The notes beneath the pieces are model-generated. The model made no database searches, was not told where the DNA came from, and saw only the letters and a program-made list of their open reading frames with translations. Below, in pieces: positions 1 through 11,900 of a stretch of DNA of 64,000 nt; position 1 is the first letter of the stretch; every line of letters begins with the position of its first letter. Position numbers and translations under genes: made by a program. The stretch lies in assembly GCA_013265495.1 (NCBI GenBank), contig MU061579.1, positions 792,872 to 856,871 of the forward strand, written 5' to 3'. Source of the DNA: Vicugna vicugna. Lineage: Eukaryota.

Positions 1-121
1 AGTAAATTTGTGTAATTAATCTTAAATAATGTCTGTGTTTAGCAGCCAGCAAGCAATATTCCTGAAAAATGAATGCTCAGCTCTCGTGAGCCAGGATGAG
101 CTGGCTTCAGTGCATCATTGA
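1..121 (-). mobile_element. MER63-type hAT-Blackjack DNA transposon end (truncated by window edge)
   Basis: aataatgtctgtgtttagcagcc...cctgaaaaat...agctctcgtgagccaggatgagctggcttcagtgcatcattg matches the reverse complement of the recalled MER63 terminus. Confidence 0.75.
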
Positions 122-972
122 TTTTATGACATAATACACTGGTCCAGTAAATGTAAAGCCTTGTTTAAAAAATTCTAAGAATCATATTCAATCTATTCAC
201 TCAATAAGTAAGTTTATGATGTTTCAAACTATATTATATTTTTTGCATGAAAGTAAATAGAAACAGTGAAATACACAGAACTTTATTTTTTTGGAGAGAA
301 TGAGGAGGCATAAAGCATGCAGTAAGATGGCAAATATTTTTCAATGAAAACACCTGTTTTAAAATATAAAAAACTTTATATTGGCAATAAGGTGTAAATA
401 AAAATTTGATCATATACTTCAAATAACTATAAAACCAACCACAGCCCAGAGTATTTTCTCTTCTGATAGTATGTAATCTCTTATTACAGATGACTTTGTT
501 AATTCTTTCTAATCCATTCATATTTTAAGGATAATTACAAATTAAAAATCATCAAAATATATTTGATTAATCAACTAATATTTAAATATTTTATCCTCAG
601 CAAAGGCTAAGGCTAAATTCAATAATCTTTTTAAAATTATAACTCAAAATTTTCTTTACATGATTAAATATAAGCTATTTGAAGGGATAGTTAGTTTTTT
701 TTTAAGGCAAATGATTTATTTTTTATTTGTTGATGTGCCATCTTCACTTTCCTCACTTTATAAAACATTTTATATTTCCAGACATATGAGGATACTTTAC
801 ATATTTTTTTCTGATTTTTCCCTATAGTTTTGTCTTTTATATAATGTCAAAAAAAAATAGACCATAAAGTTTTTTTTTTTTTTGAGTGGAATTAAACCAG
901 GTCAAAGTATCTGAAATTTTTTAAGATGCATGATATGTATTGATAATTTTTTAAAAGTTTTTTTTGATCATA

Positions 973-1471
973 TAGTTTTAATTTGCATTTCCCTGATAAT
1001 TAGTGATATTGAGCATTTTTTCACATGCTTATTGGTCATTTGTATGTCTTCATTGGCGAACTGCTTGTTTAGGTCTTCTGCCCATTTTTGTATTGGGTTG
1101 CTATTTCTTATTAAGTTGTATGAGCTGTTTATACATTCTGGAAATTAAACCTTTGTCAATAATATCATTTGCAAATATTTTCTCCCATTCTGTAGGTAGT
1201 CATTTTGTTTTGCTTCTGGTTTCTTTTGCTGTGCAAAAGTTTATAAACTTACTTAGGTCCCATTTTTTTATTTTTGCTTTTATTTCTATTGTGTAGGTAG
1301 ACTGCCCTAGGAGAACAGTGCTAAGATTCATGCCAGAAAGTATTTTGCATATGTTTTCTTCTGGGAGGTTTATAGTGTCTTGTTATGTTTAAGTCTTTAA
1401 CCATTTTGAGATCATTTTTGTGTAAGATGTGAGGGAGTGTTTTAACTTCACTGATTTACATGCAGCTGTCC
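973..1471 (-). mobile_element. LINE-1 ORF2 3' segment, inverted 5' part of a twin-primed insertion
   Basis: Antisense ORF2 sequence (ttttaatttgcatttccctgataattagtgatattgagcat...). Its sense-strand end (gaaatgcaaattaaaacta) abuts the start of the + strand segment (atcaaaactacaatgagg). Confidence 0.9.
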
Positions 1472-2299
1472 ATCAAAACTACAATGAGGTATCACCTCAC
1501 ACCAGTCAGAATAGCCATCATTAAAAATTCCACAAGTGATAATTGCTGGAGAGGGCACGGAGAAAAGGGAACTCTTGTATACTTTTGGTGGGAATGCAGT
1601 TTGATGCAGCCATTATGGAAAACAATATGGAGAGTCCTCAAAAAGCTAAAGAAAGACTTTCCATGATTCAGCAATCCCACTCCTGGGCATATATACAGAG
1701 GGAAATCTAATTTGAAAAGATACATGCATTCCAATGTTCATAACAGCATTATACACAATAGCCAAGACATGAAAACAACATAAATGTCCATCAACAGATG
1801 ACTGGATAAAGAAGTTGTGGTATATTTATTCAATGAAATACTCCTCAGCCATAAAAAGAATAAAATAATGCCATTTAAACAAAGATAAATGTCATTCTAA
1901 GTGAAGTAAGCCAGAAATAAAAAGAAAAATACCACATGATATCACTCATATGTGGAATATAAAAAAAGACACTAATGAACTTATCTACAAAACAGAAACA
2001 GACTCACAGACATAGTAAACAATCTCATGGTTACCAGAAGGAAATGGGGTGGGAAGGGAATAGTGTGGGAATTGGGTGGGAGTTTGAGAAGTGCAGATAT
2101 GAACTGGTATATATAAAATAGATAAACAACAAGTTTATACTGTATAGCACAGGGAACTATATTCAATATCTTGTAGTAACCTATAATGAAAAAGTATATG
2201 AAAATGAATATATGTACATATATGTATGACTGAAGCTTTATGCTATACGCTAGAAATTGACACATTGTAAACTGACTATACTTCAATAATAAAAAAAAA
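1472..2299 (+). mobile_element. Young LINE-1 ORF2 C-terminus, 3'UTR and poly(A) (cetartiodactyl/camelid type)
   Basis: ORF 1460-1666 reads [18 protein letters not shown]...CWRG..EKGTL...WWEC, the ORF2 C-terminal domain. 3'UTR ends gaaattgacacattgtaaactgactatacttcaat followed by an A tail at 2291-2299. Confidence 0.93.
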
Positions 2300-3875
2300 T
2301 GACCATATAAAATGTAAGAATTTGTGTCTGGCTTTTTCTGTCTAGTATAAAACTTTTGAGACTTATCCATGTTGTTGCATTTATTGGCAGTTTGGTCCTT
2401 TTAATTGCTTAATAGTATTGAACTTTACAGATGTATTACAGCTTCCTGAGGGACAATTCATGATAGATATTTAGATTGATTTGGATTTTTTTTGGAGAAT
2501 ATAAATAAAGTTGTTATAAACATTTCTGTACAGGTTTTTGGGACAACATGGGTTTTCATTTCTCTTAGGAAATACCTAGCGGTAGATTGACTGGGTGGTG
2601 TGGCAACTATATATGTTTAATTAAAAAAAAACCAAATTATTTTTCAAAGTGGTTATTTCACTTTATATTGCCATGTGAAATGTCAAAAAGTTCAAATTAC
2701 TGCACATCATTGCCAGCACATGGCAGTACCAATACTGATGCTAGTTTTTTGTTTTGCTTTGTTTGTTTGTTGCCATTCTGGTCCAAATGCTATGGTATCT
2801 CATTATGGAATCATGAGGAATTGATCTATACATTAATCGTATATTATATGCAACACAGTGCTGTGTATTATATTGTTTCTGTATGCATTTGCATTAGTTA
2901 TTACAGAATTAATTTATATTTCCCTAATTACTATTCATGTCAAGCATATATTCATGAAACCATTTGCACTCATGAATATATGATATATATCTTTAGTGGA
3001 GTGTCTGCTTAAATCTCTTGTCTATTTTTAAATTTGATTCTTATCTGATTAAATCTTGGGTGTTCATTACCTATTCTGGACATAATTCTTTATCAGATAT
3101 GTGTTTTGGAAACAATTTCTCTAAGTCTGTGTCTTATCTTTTTATTTTCTTAACAGTGTCTTGAACAACAAGTGACTTAAATTTCTACTGAAATCCATTT
3201 ATGGAAATTACTAGTGCCTTTTAACTTCCGAGAAATGTTTTCCTAACCTAGGGTCATAAAGGCTTTTTTTTTCTAGAAAATTTTCATGGTTTTGGGCTTA
3301 TGATTCATTTCAAGTTTTGTTTTTGTTTTTCCTTTGTGGTATGATGTAAGGGGCACTTTGAGTTTGTGTGTGTGTGTGTGTGTATTGATGGCTGAATGTA
3401 TCTGTTCTGTATGTTGAGAAAATTATCCTTTCTCCATTAGCTATTAACTGGCCATAAACATGTGGTGCTAGTTCTTGAATCTCTGTTCCATTCATTGGTC
3501 TTTGTTTCCACCATGTGTCATGCTATTGGAATAAGTACCTTTATAGGAAGTCTTGAGATCAAGTAGCATGAGTGCTCCAACTTTATCTCTCATTTTCAAA
3601 AAAAATTTTTTGGCTATTCTAAGTCCTTTGCTTTGTGATATAAACTTTATAATTATTTTGGCAATTTCTGCAAAAGGCTTGCTGGACTTTGACTGGACTT
3701 GCATTGAGAATCGTGAAAATACTGCTTTTCATGATCCATGAACAAGGTATATCTCACCATCTATTTAGATTTCCTTTGATTTTTCACATCACTAGTTTAT
3801 AGCCTGCAACATACAAATTTTGCACATATTTTGTAAGATTTTTCCCAAAGTAGTCATAGGTTTTGATGCTATGTA
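2300..3875 (-). mobile_element. Old L1M (L1MC/ME-like) 3' end and ORF2, host of the younger L1
   Basis: Diverged antisense L1M motifs (ttatccatgttgttgc, tttcatttctcttaggaaatacctag, ttggctattctaagtcctttgc). A probable left stub lies at about 790-868. Confidence 0.75.
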
Positions 3876-3992
3876 ATTAATTTCAGTTACAGCCACACAC
3901 AATACAGCTGCAGTCCTCCTCTTTCTCAAGGGCTCACTCATCACTTTTTGAACTTAGTTCTGTTATGTTCTATTCCCCTAATAATTAAAAAA

Positions 3993-4041
3993 GAAACAAC
4001 AAAAAACCCAAACAAAAAAACAAACAAACAAACAAACAAAC
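3993..4041 (+). repeat. (AAAC)n microsatellite
   Basis: aaacaacaaaaaacccaaacaaaaaaacaaacaaacaaacaaacaaac. Confidence 0.9.
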
Positions 4042-5258
4042 TACCTTTTTATAATGTATCTGACTTGTTTTACTTATTAGAATCGAGATAACAGTCCCTT
4101 GTCCTTTTCTAGGCGTAACTTGAGGCAAATATATCACACGCATATTATGACAACATTTTAAAACAGAGGATCATAGTTTCTGCTTTACCACCTAACTCAT
4201 TCCTCATCTCTTGTTTTGTCTCTGAAAATAAATTTCAGCTATAAGCATTCACTAATAAGTTTTATTAATGCAGTTATTGGGAAAAAGGAAAACTACTGAC
4301 TGGAAATAGAGGAAGATATAAAGTTTGTTTTATCATGCAATTAATTTACTATATTTTGCTTGATTCATGTTATATTTTCATTCTTTTTATGTTATTCATT
4401 ATATATATATATATTAAATATATATACCCTCTAAAATGCTAGTTTACTAATTATAACTTCATTGAAGACAATTTTACCAATGAAGCCTTAAAAACATATT
4501 CAGGGTTACTGCTAAAATTCAGAGCAGGTAGTTCAAGAAAAGGAGAATTCAGATTAGCAATTTGCACTCTCAATTTGATGATAACAGCATTGCATTTCTT
4601 GGGAAAATAAATAAGAATTTAGAGGTAAATGTCCTAAAACAAATACTTACTATTAGTAAACAGTTAGTGAAAGGAAACAGTAAAAGAACTCTTTTTGAAT
4701 GAAACTAACTTTTCATTGACGTTGGTTAATCATTTATTTTACTATGTGCTGAAATTTACCATTTTTGCAGTTTTTTTAAAAAGTACCATATTCAAAAATA
4801 TGCATTATTATACTGTGTATATATCAGTAAGATTATTATTTATATTAATTAGAGACTCTCATAATAGATTATCTTAGAATCTGTCTCAGGATTGTTAAAG
4901 AATTCTTAATGATATGGCTGGCTTAGGAACAAAAATGATGAAGTACTAATATTACTACTTCAGAGATTTGTGGGATGGCTGTTATATTCTGAGTTCAAAT
5001 TAAAATGATCAGAAGAAATCACTAGGACATGTAGCTCCTAAAGGGTACAATGCTCACAATATAGAACCTGACTTTATGTTCCAGCACTCCCATCTAATGA
5101 TCATGTAGAAAAGAATCTATATGTGAAGAGAATTGGGGCCAGACATTCTGTTTCATGTCACTTATTTTTAGTTGGTTATGATTATAAAACTGTCATCAGC
5201 TACCCAGAAGATACTCATCTGGGTATAAGGAATCTAGACTCAAAGTTCCTTTTAGTTT

Positions 5259-5753
5259 TGTCAATGAAAAACAAGAAAAATATAATGTGAGAGTTTTGAG
5301 TTAAGTTTTATTTGGAGCAAAATGAGGAGTATAGCCCAGGAGATAGCCTCTTAGGTAGCTCTGTGGAACTACTCCACAGGGTGGGGAGAGGACTGTATAG
5401 ATATGATTTTAGTAAAGGGGTGGGGGGGACAAGTGCAATGAAGCACACATTTTGGCAGAGGCCAGTCATGGGGGCTAGTTGTTGTCAGTCACAAAGAGCA
5501 GATGTCTCTGTTAGTGATTTTAGTGCTTTTCTAGATACGAAAAGATGCAAGACATTCGGCTCATAAAAATCTTCTCCTGAAAATATCTAACTATGTGAAG
5601 ACCTATTCTGCCACTTTTTCCCAGAGCACAGAGTGCCTCACTCCTGCTCTCTGCCCTGAACTCCTTTCAGGGTGTTTTGACGGTCAGTGTCTGCAGTGGC
5701 TAGTGGCTTCTTTCTTGTAGAACCAGATGGGAAGCGACATTCTTTAGATGGCA
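5259..5753 (-). mobile_element. ERV1 solo LTR, MER41-like (artiodactyl)
   Basis: TG...CA termini with a 4-bp TSD GTTT (5255-5258 and 5754-5757). AATAAA lies on the minus strand near 5310. Sequence resembles recalled MER41_BT-type LTR (gagttaagttttatttggagcaaaatgagg...). Confidence 0.85.
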
Positions 5754-5759
5754 GTTTAT

Positions 5760-6122
5760 TTGACCTCTCTCATTCTTTCACAGCCCACTTCCAGTTTATC
5801 AGGAATTTCTGTTGATTTCCTCTTCATAATATATCTAACTTCTGATTGTTTATATTGACCTTAATGGCTGGTCAAAGCCACAATGGGTCCGCCAGTATCT
5901 CAACACACTTCTCTAGCTTCTTGCTTCTATTCCTTGCTCTTCCTCTACTCTTGAAATCTTACATTTTGTTCTATCAGTTTCTCAGTCTCCCATCCTCAAT
6001 CCTACTCTATCCTTTGAAGATAAACAGAGGTTTATTGTATTTCTTAAATCTTCAATGTCTAGAACAGTGCCTGTCAAGTCACGTGTATTCAGTAAATATT
6101 TGTTGGAGTGAACAAATGAATT
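5760..6122 (+). mobile_element. L2 3' fragment
   Basis: Ends in the L2 tail tagaacagtgcctg...cagtaaatatttgttggagtgaacaaatgaa. Confidence 0.7.
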
Positions 6123-6207
6123 GATTTTGTTAGAGGCTGACAAAAGGGGAAAAAAAAACACGTGGAATTGAAAACATTTGTCAAACTCTGACTCCCATTT
6201 AAGGGCA

Positions 6208-6422
6208 CTGTAGAAGTAGGGGGATAAGAGACACAAACTATTGGGTAAAAAGTAAGCTACAAGGATATATTGTACAACACGGGGAATAGAGCCAGCTTTT
6301 TAAAAATAATAACTATAAATGGAGTATAACCTTTAATAATTGTGAATCACTATATTATACACCTGTAACATGATATTGTACAACAATATTAATTTAGTTT
6401 AAAAATAGTAAAAAGAAAAAAA
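6208..6422 (+). mobile_element. LINE-1 3'UTR fragment with A tail
   Basis: aagctacaaggatatattgtacaacacggggaatagagcc...gtgaatcactatattatacacctg followed by an A-rich tail. Confidence 0.8.
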
Positions 6423-9400
6423 GCAGATCAGCAATTATACCAATTACAATACTAGTCCAGTTTAGCAATGGCAGTTTTTGGTGAAAGATATAATAGATTT
6501 GACATTGAAAGATAGATGACACATGTTTCAAATGTTATAGAATGACAGTAGATCCTTTCTTCTCATTGGCCACAGCCATATCTCTGCACACCTACAGTAC
6601 TGCCTGTATCATTTTTAGTTTATGTCAAAAGGGCAAAAGGACATTAATGGTATGTCCTTTTAAGAGTAAAACTCTCAAACTTTCTCAACTGCTGTTTCTT
6701 GAGAAAATTAAGCCTTAGTATCCTAAAATGCCCATTGGCATAACAAATTAACTTCTCTCCTCTGCATCTAGTATAATATTAGTTATGAATCAACCTTGAG
6801 AAAATCAATAAAATAGCCACTCTACGCATTATCTTTTCTGTGATTCATATGAGAAATTCGGTTGAGAAAAGCCAGATGGAAGTGATAAATTTTATGTCAT
6901 ATCAACATTACCAAAGCCCACCATGTCCAGAGGACTGGGAGAGCTATATAAAAAGGTTCCACATGAGGTATCAGTTTCAAAGCTTAATTGACATTTTATT
7001 GCAGAAAACCATTAAAACTTGTAGCTACTTTTCTATATGTCCCTTTTAAAGACATTGTTTTTGTTGAGTCAAACACATTGTTGTGCTGAAAAGATGCTAC
7101 ACATGTAAACCCCTGTAGGCTTGCAGAAGCCTTGCAATTTATACTTGACAAGAAATTGCTCTCATGCATGAGAATCATACCAATATATATTTCCTAAAAC
7201 TATGTGAAATTTTTACCACTGCAAATAGTATTCCTTAATTCATTGTTACAAATATTCTTTTTTCTATGTGCCACTTTTTAACGAGTCTCTGGAGAAGACA
7301 AATGTTAATTTGGGGTAGCTACCAGGACTGCCCCCTGAAACTTTGTGTCATAAGGAATAGAAATTTCACGGCATGTTTTCATCGATCACTTAAAACTAGG
7401 TACACTGGTAAAATTCACACTCTTTTGTTTTGTGTGTCAATAAGCATCTTGGAATACAAAGCTTAAAACTATACTTACAGATCTTCTGAAAAAATAATAC
7501 AGTTTATTTGGTAACTAGCAAAGGAAGTCATCTACAATATATTTGCTTAGTGAAACACACCCCCCATACACACATTTATATTTTCCTTCTCTCAAAATTA
7601 TTCAGCTTTTGATAATTACACTGTAATTAATAATAAATCACAGAAAAAAATGTTTTCTCCTTTAATAAATGTTCATGGCCAAAGAACAAATCAAAAGACT
7701 ATTCTTTAAAATTTTAATAGGCATGAAGCATTTTAATGAACACAAATACATAAGAACAAAAATCCTTAACCCCACATGCAAACAGAAAAATGCAAATTAA
7801 TTAGGCATGTAATACATAATTATTGAGTGAAATTTCTTCCAGTTACCAAAAGTACCAGTAGCCTTCTACAAATCAGACAATTTCAGAAGTTACGTGGTTT
7901 CTTTTTGTTTTGTTTTATCTAAATTCCAGTATGTCTTACCTAGTATATAACATATAAAATTTTTGACCTAGAAACTACATCTTCTGTTTGCTCTCCCGTC
8001 TGGACCTCTTTTGATAAAAAGAAAAATTGTTAGTTTTCTTATCTACCACTCACCTCCAGGCACTTCTTACTTTGAGATTACCTCTTCTATTTTTCTATTT
8101 TACCAACAAAGCCCATAAATTTAAAAGCTCAAGTTCATAGGTCAAAGCAATTAGCTAACGACATAAAAAGAGAGGGACTCAGAAAAGTCAAAATTCTACT
8201 CTTTTTCTGGCCTTTTGACACTAGGAGATGGTCCTGCCATTTCAGTTTAGAAAAATGAGACACTCAGAGACCTCAGTAATGTGAAAGTAGGCTGGACCCT
8301 ACACACTGTCCTTCTGAAGAGTGGTTTGCAGCTATAGATGGCTTCCCCCAAAAAATTAGTATGTGAACTTCTGGCTTTGAAGATAGCTATAACTGAGGAT
8401 TTTGGTGGAGAGAAGTGAGACTATTACTTTTTTGTTTAAAAAAATGTTTTTGCTTCATAAATTTAACTCCTACAGAGTGCAAGAGAATAGTTCTAAATAG
8501 AGATGAATGAAAGGAGTCAAGAGTTTATGATAAAATATAATGAAAAGTGTGCTGGAAATACATAGATATATTAGAGAGATACTGTATAATCGAATTGATA
8601 TTGGTTGCTTTTGTGAATAGCCGCAAGTTCCTATCTTTATTCTGTTTTCAACTATTCTGAAGTCTAACAGTGAAATAAAAGATTTTACCAAATTGGAGAA
8701 ACTCTTTTATTATGCTTTGTTTGTTATAAATATCTTTGAAATGTAAAATAGAAGGCCAGAAGTGCTTAATATGTATCATTAATAAAAATATGTGAACAAA
8801 ATAAAATTAAAATGTTCTGCAAATAAGAATTTTATTTCCTCTCACTTCATTGATTAAAAATACTAAACAATACAGAACACTTCCTTTGAAGTACATTGCT
8901 CACTTACAAAATCCTTTTTCCGCCTTCTTTAGCCTCACTTTATTATTAAATGTATCCATGAAACATGCATGGTTTGATTTAAAAATAGAGAATACCTGAT
9001 GTTTTACAGAAGTCAGTTATTTAGGTGTCAAAATTATTGCCTTTTCAGCTTCATAAACAGCGTGGCTCACACTAGCATCGTTGAGAGACTATCTTTTCTC
9101 TGGTCCCTTAAAATATCTAGTTGTTTTTACCATTTTAAAGATATATTAGCTATTTGTTTTAATGCTAGATATCCAGATACCAAGAGTAGCATTTCTATAC
9201 TTGCTTTTATTCAAATCAGTCTGATAAGATTAAACAGTATGCCATTTTACATGTTTATTACTCAAATAATTGAGACTTTTTATGCAAAATGTTTTTGTGT
9301 TACAACTTTGAAAGCCAGTAAATGGAACTGAAAATAAAATGACAAAAAAGAAATCCCATTGTTTTGGACAGTCATTTCCCTTGATATGACGACCTGTATT

Positions 9401-9653
9401 TCAATCAGAGAAAAAGGTAAATGCTCTGTTCCACTTGATTTTCATATTCATATAAACATGACAATGTTTTCCTGGAGGCAAAGTATTATATCCACACTAT
9501 TTGCTACATATCTCATTGAATCTTTGAACCAAAATATTGTCAAACTCCTGAGTGCTTTTGTAACCGTTAAGGTTTTAAAGGTAACACCACTGTAACAAAT
9601 GAACAATTTCTTTTCTATTCCCAATTCTTTTTTCCCATACAGAATATTCTCCA

Positions 9654-9860
9654 TCAAACTTGAGATTCTCTAGAGGGCAGTAATCTCTGGGTCTTATTGA
9701 CTGTAAGGAGGAGGCTGTATGCTGTTGTGCACGTCTTGTTGAGACAACAGGTATACCACTCTCCCCTGCTGCCATTTCTAATTCCATTGAGATGTGGTGG
9801 CAGGTGGTTATTTCTAAAGATTGTTAGCAACATAGTCAGCATAATCTTTCTCATGGGGAA
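9654..9860 (-). other. Candidate exon C of an unrecognised spliced transcript
   Basis: Acceptor taatttatttAG at 9862-9861. Frame is open from phase 0 to TGA at 9656-9654. An alternative donor GTATGG lies at 9640-9635. Confidence 0.3.
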
Positions 9861-9981
9861 CTAAATAAATTAACAGCAGCAGTACCTAGAGCTTCTGAGA
9901 GAAGCTGGAAAAGAGTGTACTCCAGAGACAGCTGTTTACCGCCTTCCATTCCTGCAATACTGTTAAGCAAAGTTGACTCAC

Positions 9982-10081
9982 CTGTGAGATCCTAGAGTTA
10001 CTTCCAGAGATATTCCAGCAAAATATTTCAGTCTTGGGGTTCTTAAACAAGGTGAGATTGAAAACAGAGGGACTATAAGCC
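9982..10081 (-). other. Candidate 100-nt exon B
   Basis: Strong acceptor catgtttttcatctccacAG|G (10083-10082) and consensus donor CAG|GTGAGT (9981-9976). A 121-nt intron separates it from exon C. No repeat recognised here. Confidence 0.45.
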
Positions 10082-10344
10082 CTGTGGAGATGAAAAACAT
10101 GTAATTTTTAGAATACCTGAAATCATATTTATAAATTGTCCTTTCTTTCAAAAAATTGTTCTTAAGAAAATAACCAGGAATGATAATTAATTATAAACCT
10201 TCTTTAAAAATAGAATAAAATGTACAATCTTCATGAAATAGAATACTTTATGATATTATTCAGGGAGTTTGCATAAAAACTGTAAAGTGGAGCATTGTAT
10301 TGAATCCCACATTCATCCAAAGACTTCAGAGATCTTCTAGAACA

Positions 10345-10525
10345 TAGAAAAGGCAAGGATACCATTTGCCCACAGAAGCTTCCAAAAATGAGCATGGCCC
10401 TACTGACACCCTGATTTTAGGTCAGTGAGACCCACCCCAGATTTCTGAACTGCACAACTGTAAGATATTATATTAGGTTTGTTTTATTCCACTAATTTTG
10501 TGGATAATTTGTTACAGAACAGAAA
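10345..10525 (+). mobile_element. MaLR LTR (MLT1D-like) 3' fragment
   Basis: ggccctactgacaccctgattttaggtcagtgagacc...gatttctgaactgcacaactgtaagat. Confidence 0.7.
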
Positions 10526-11269
10526 AAAAGGTGGCTTGTGACCTCTTCCTCTGCTTTTAAATAGATGACATTTTAGGATTAGAAAACATCGAGTTCATAT
10601 AATAAGATGAAAAAAGTTTAACTGATTAGGCATATGTGTAAAGGTCAGTGAATTTTTAAATTTTTGTATCACTTACTGAATAATTATCTTATCTTTTAAA
10701 TTTTTCATTCATAATAGCATATTTAATTATTCCTAAGTGTTTGTAAAAATTAGTTTGATTCTCAGGATGATGATCAATTTATTTGAACCCAGTAATAATT
10801 TTTCAACTATATTAATGATTATAAAGAAGCAGACATGCTTTCCTTTAAGAGAATGAATACAGTAGCATTTTATTATTTCAGAGCTTGACACTTTTGAGAA
10901 GAATTAAATACTACTAGCTAGTGGTAATGTATTTATCTTTTTCCTGCATTTTTATGAGAATGCCTCAAAGCTTTCAGAATGATGCACGTTGTTTAGACTT
11001 AGTTCTTTAGTATCCTTGCTTTCTAAGTAATATTTTAAATTCCTTTTAGTTATATTTCTGTTATCCCCTAATGTGATAATGTGGATAGTGTATATGAAGA
11101 TAGTAATATGATGAATTATATTGTTTCATAAAATAATGATAAAAAGCCCTGAATTCAAGAAATGATTTTTTGATCATCTATTTTAGTAATTGCTAGATTT
11201 GAATTGTTTGTATTTTGTTAAACACTTCTTTTTTATGTCTCATAAGTGATCATGGCCAGAGATAATTAA

Positions 11270-11900
11270 CAATATTAGCCAGAATTCATTTAACCTTGAC
11301 CATGTACTAGCATCTCCTCTAACTCCCTTATACCTATTTTCTCATTTGCTCTTCACAACAAACCTTTAAAGATGCTCTATTAATATTTCATTTTTATATA
11401 TGAGGAAGGTGAGTGCAACGGACTGAAATGTGTCCTTGAAAAATTCATGTTGAAGCTGTAACACCCAGAGTGGTGGTATTAGGAGAAGGGGCCGTTGGGA
11501 GATAATTGGGTTTAGATGAGGTCATGAAGTTGAGGCACTCTAGATGGAATTAGTGTTATTATAAGAAGTGTAAGAGACATCAGAGAGCACTCTCTGTGCA
11601 CTATATGAAGACACAGTGAGAAGGTAGCCATGTGCAAGTGAGGCAGAGAGATCTCACCAGGACCCTATTTTGCTGGCTTCCTGATCTCAGACTTCCAGCC
11701 TCCAGAACTGTGAGGAAATAAATCTCTCTTGTTTAAGCCACCTAGTCTATGTTTTTTTTCTTTTTCAATTTTTATTATTTTTTACAGTAGCCTGAGATGA
11801 CGTGCATTTGTAATATTTCCCAATGTTACAACAGAATAAGGAATGAAGACAGATTGAATTCAGTCAAGTTCTTTACAAAGCATTTATTGTTAACCACTTT
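11270..11900 (-). mobile_element. MIR split by an MLT1A insertion
   Basis: MIR core ctcatttgctcttcacaacaaacc...catttttatatatgaggaaggtgag, resuming at about 11805 after the LTR. Confidence 0.6.
11414..11801 (+). mobile_element. MaLR LTR MLT1A-type, near full length
   Basis: tgcaacggactgaaatgtgtcc...aattcatgttgaag...ctgatctcagacttccagcctccagaactgtgaggaaataaat...tttaagccacctagtctat. Confidence 0.85.
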
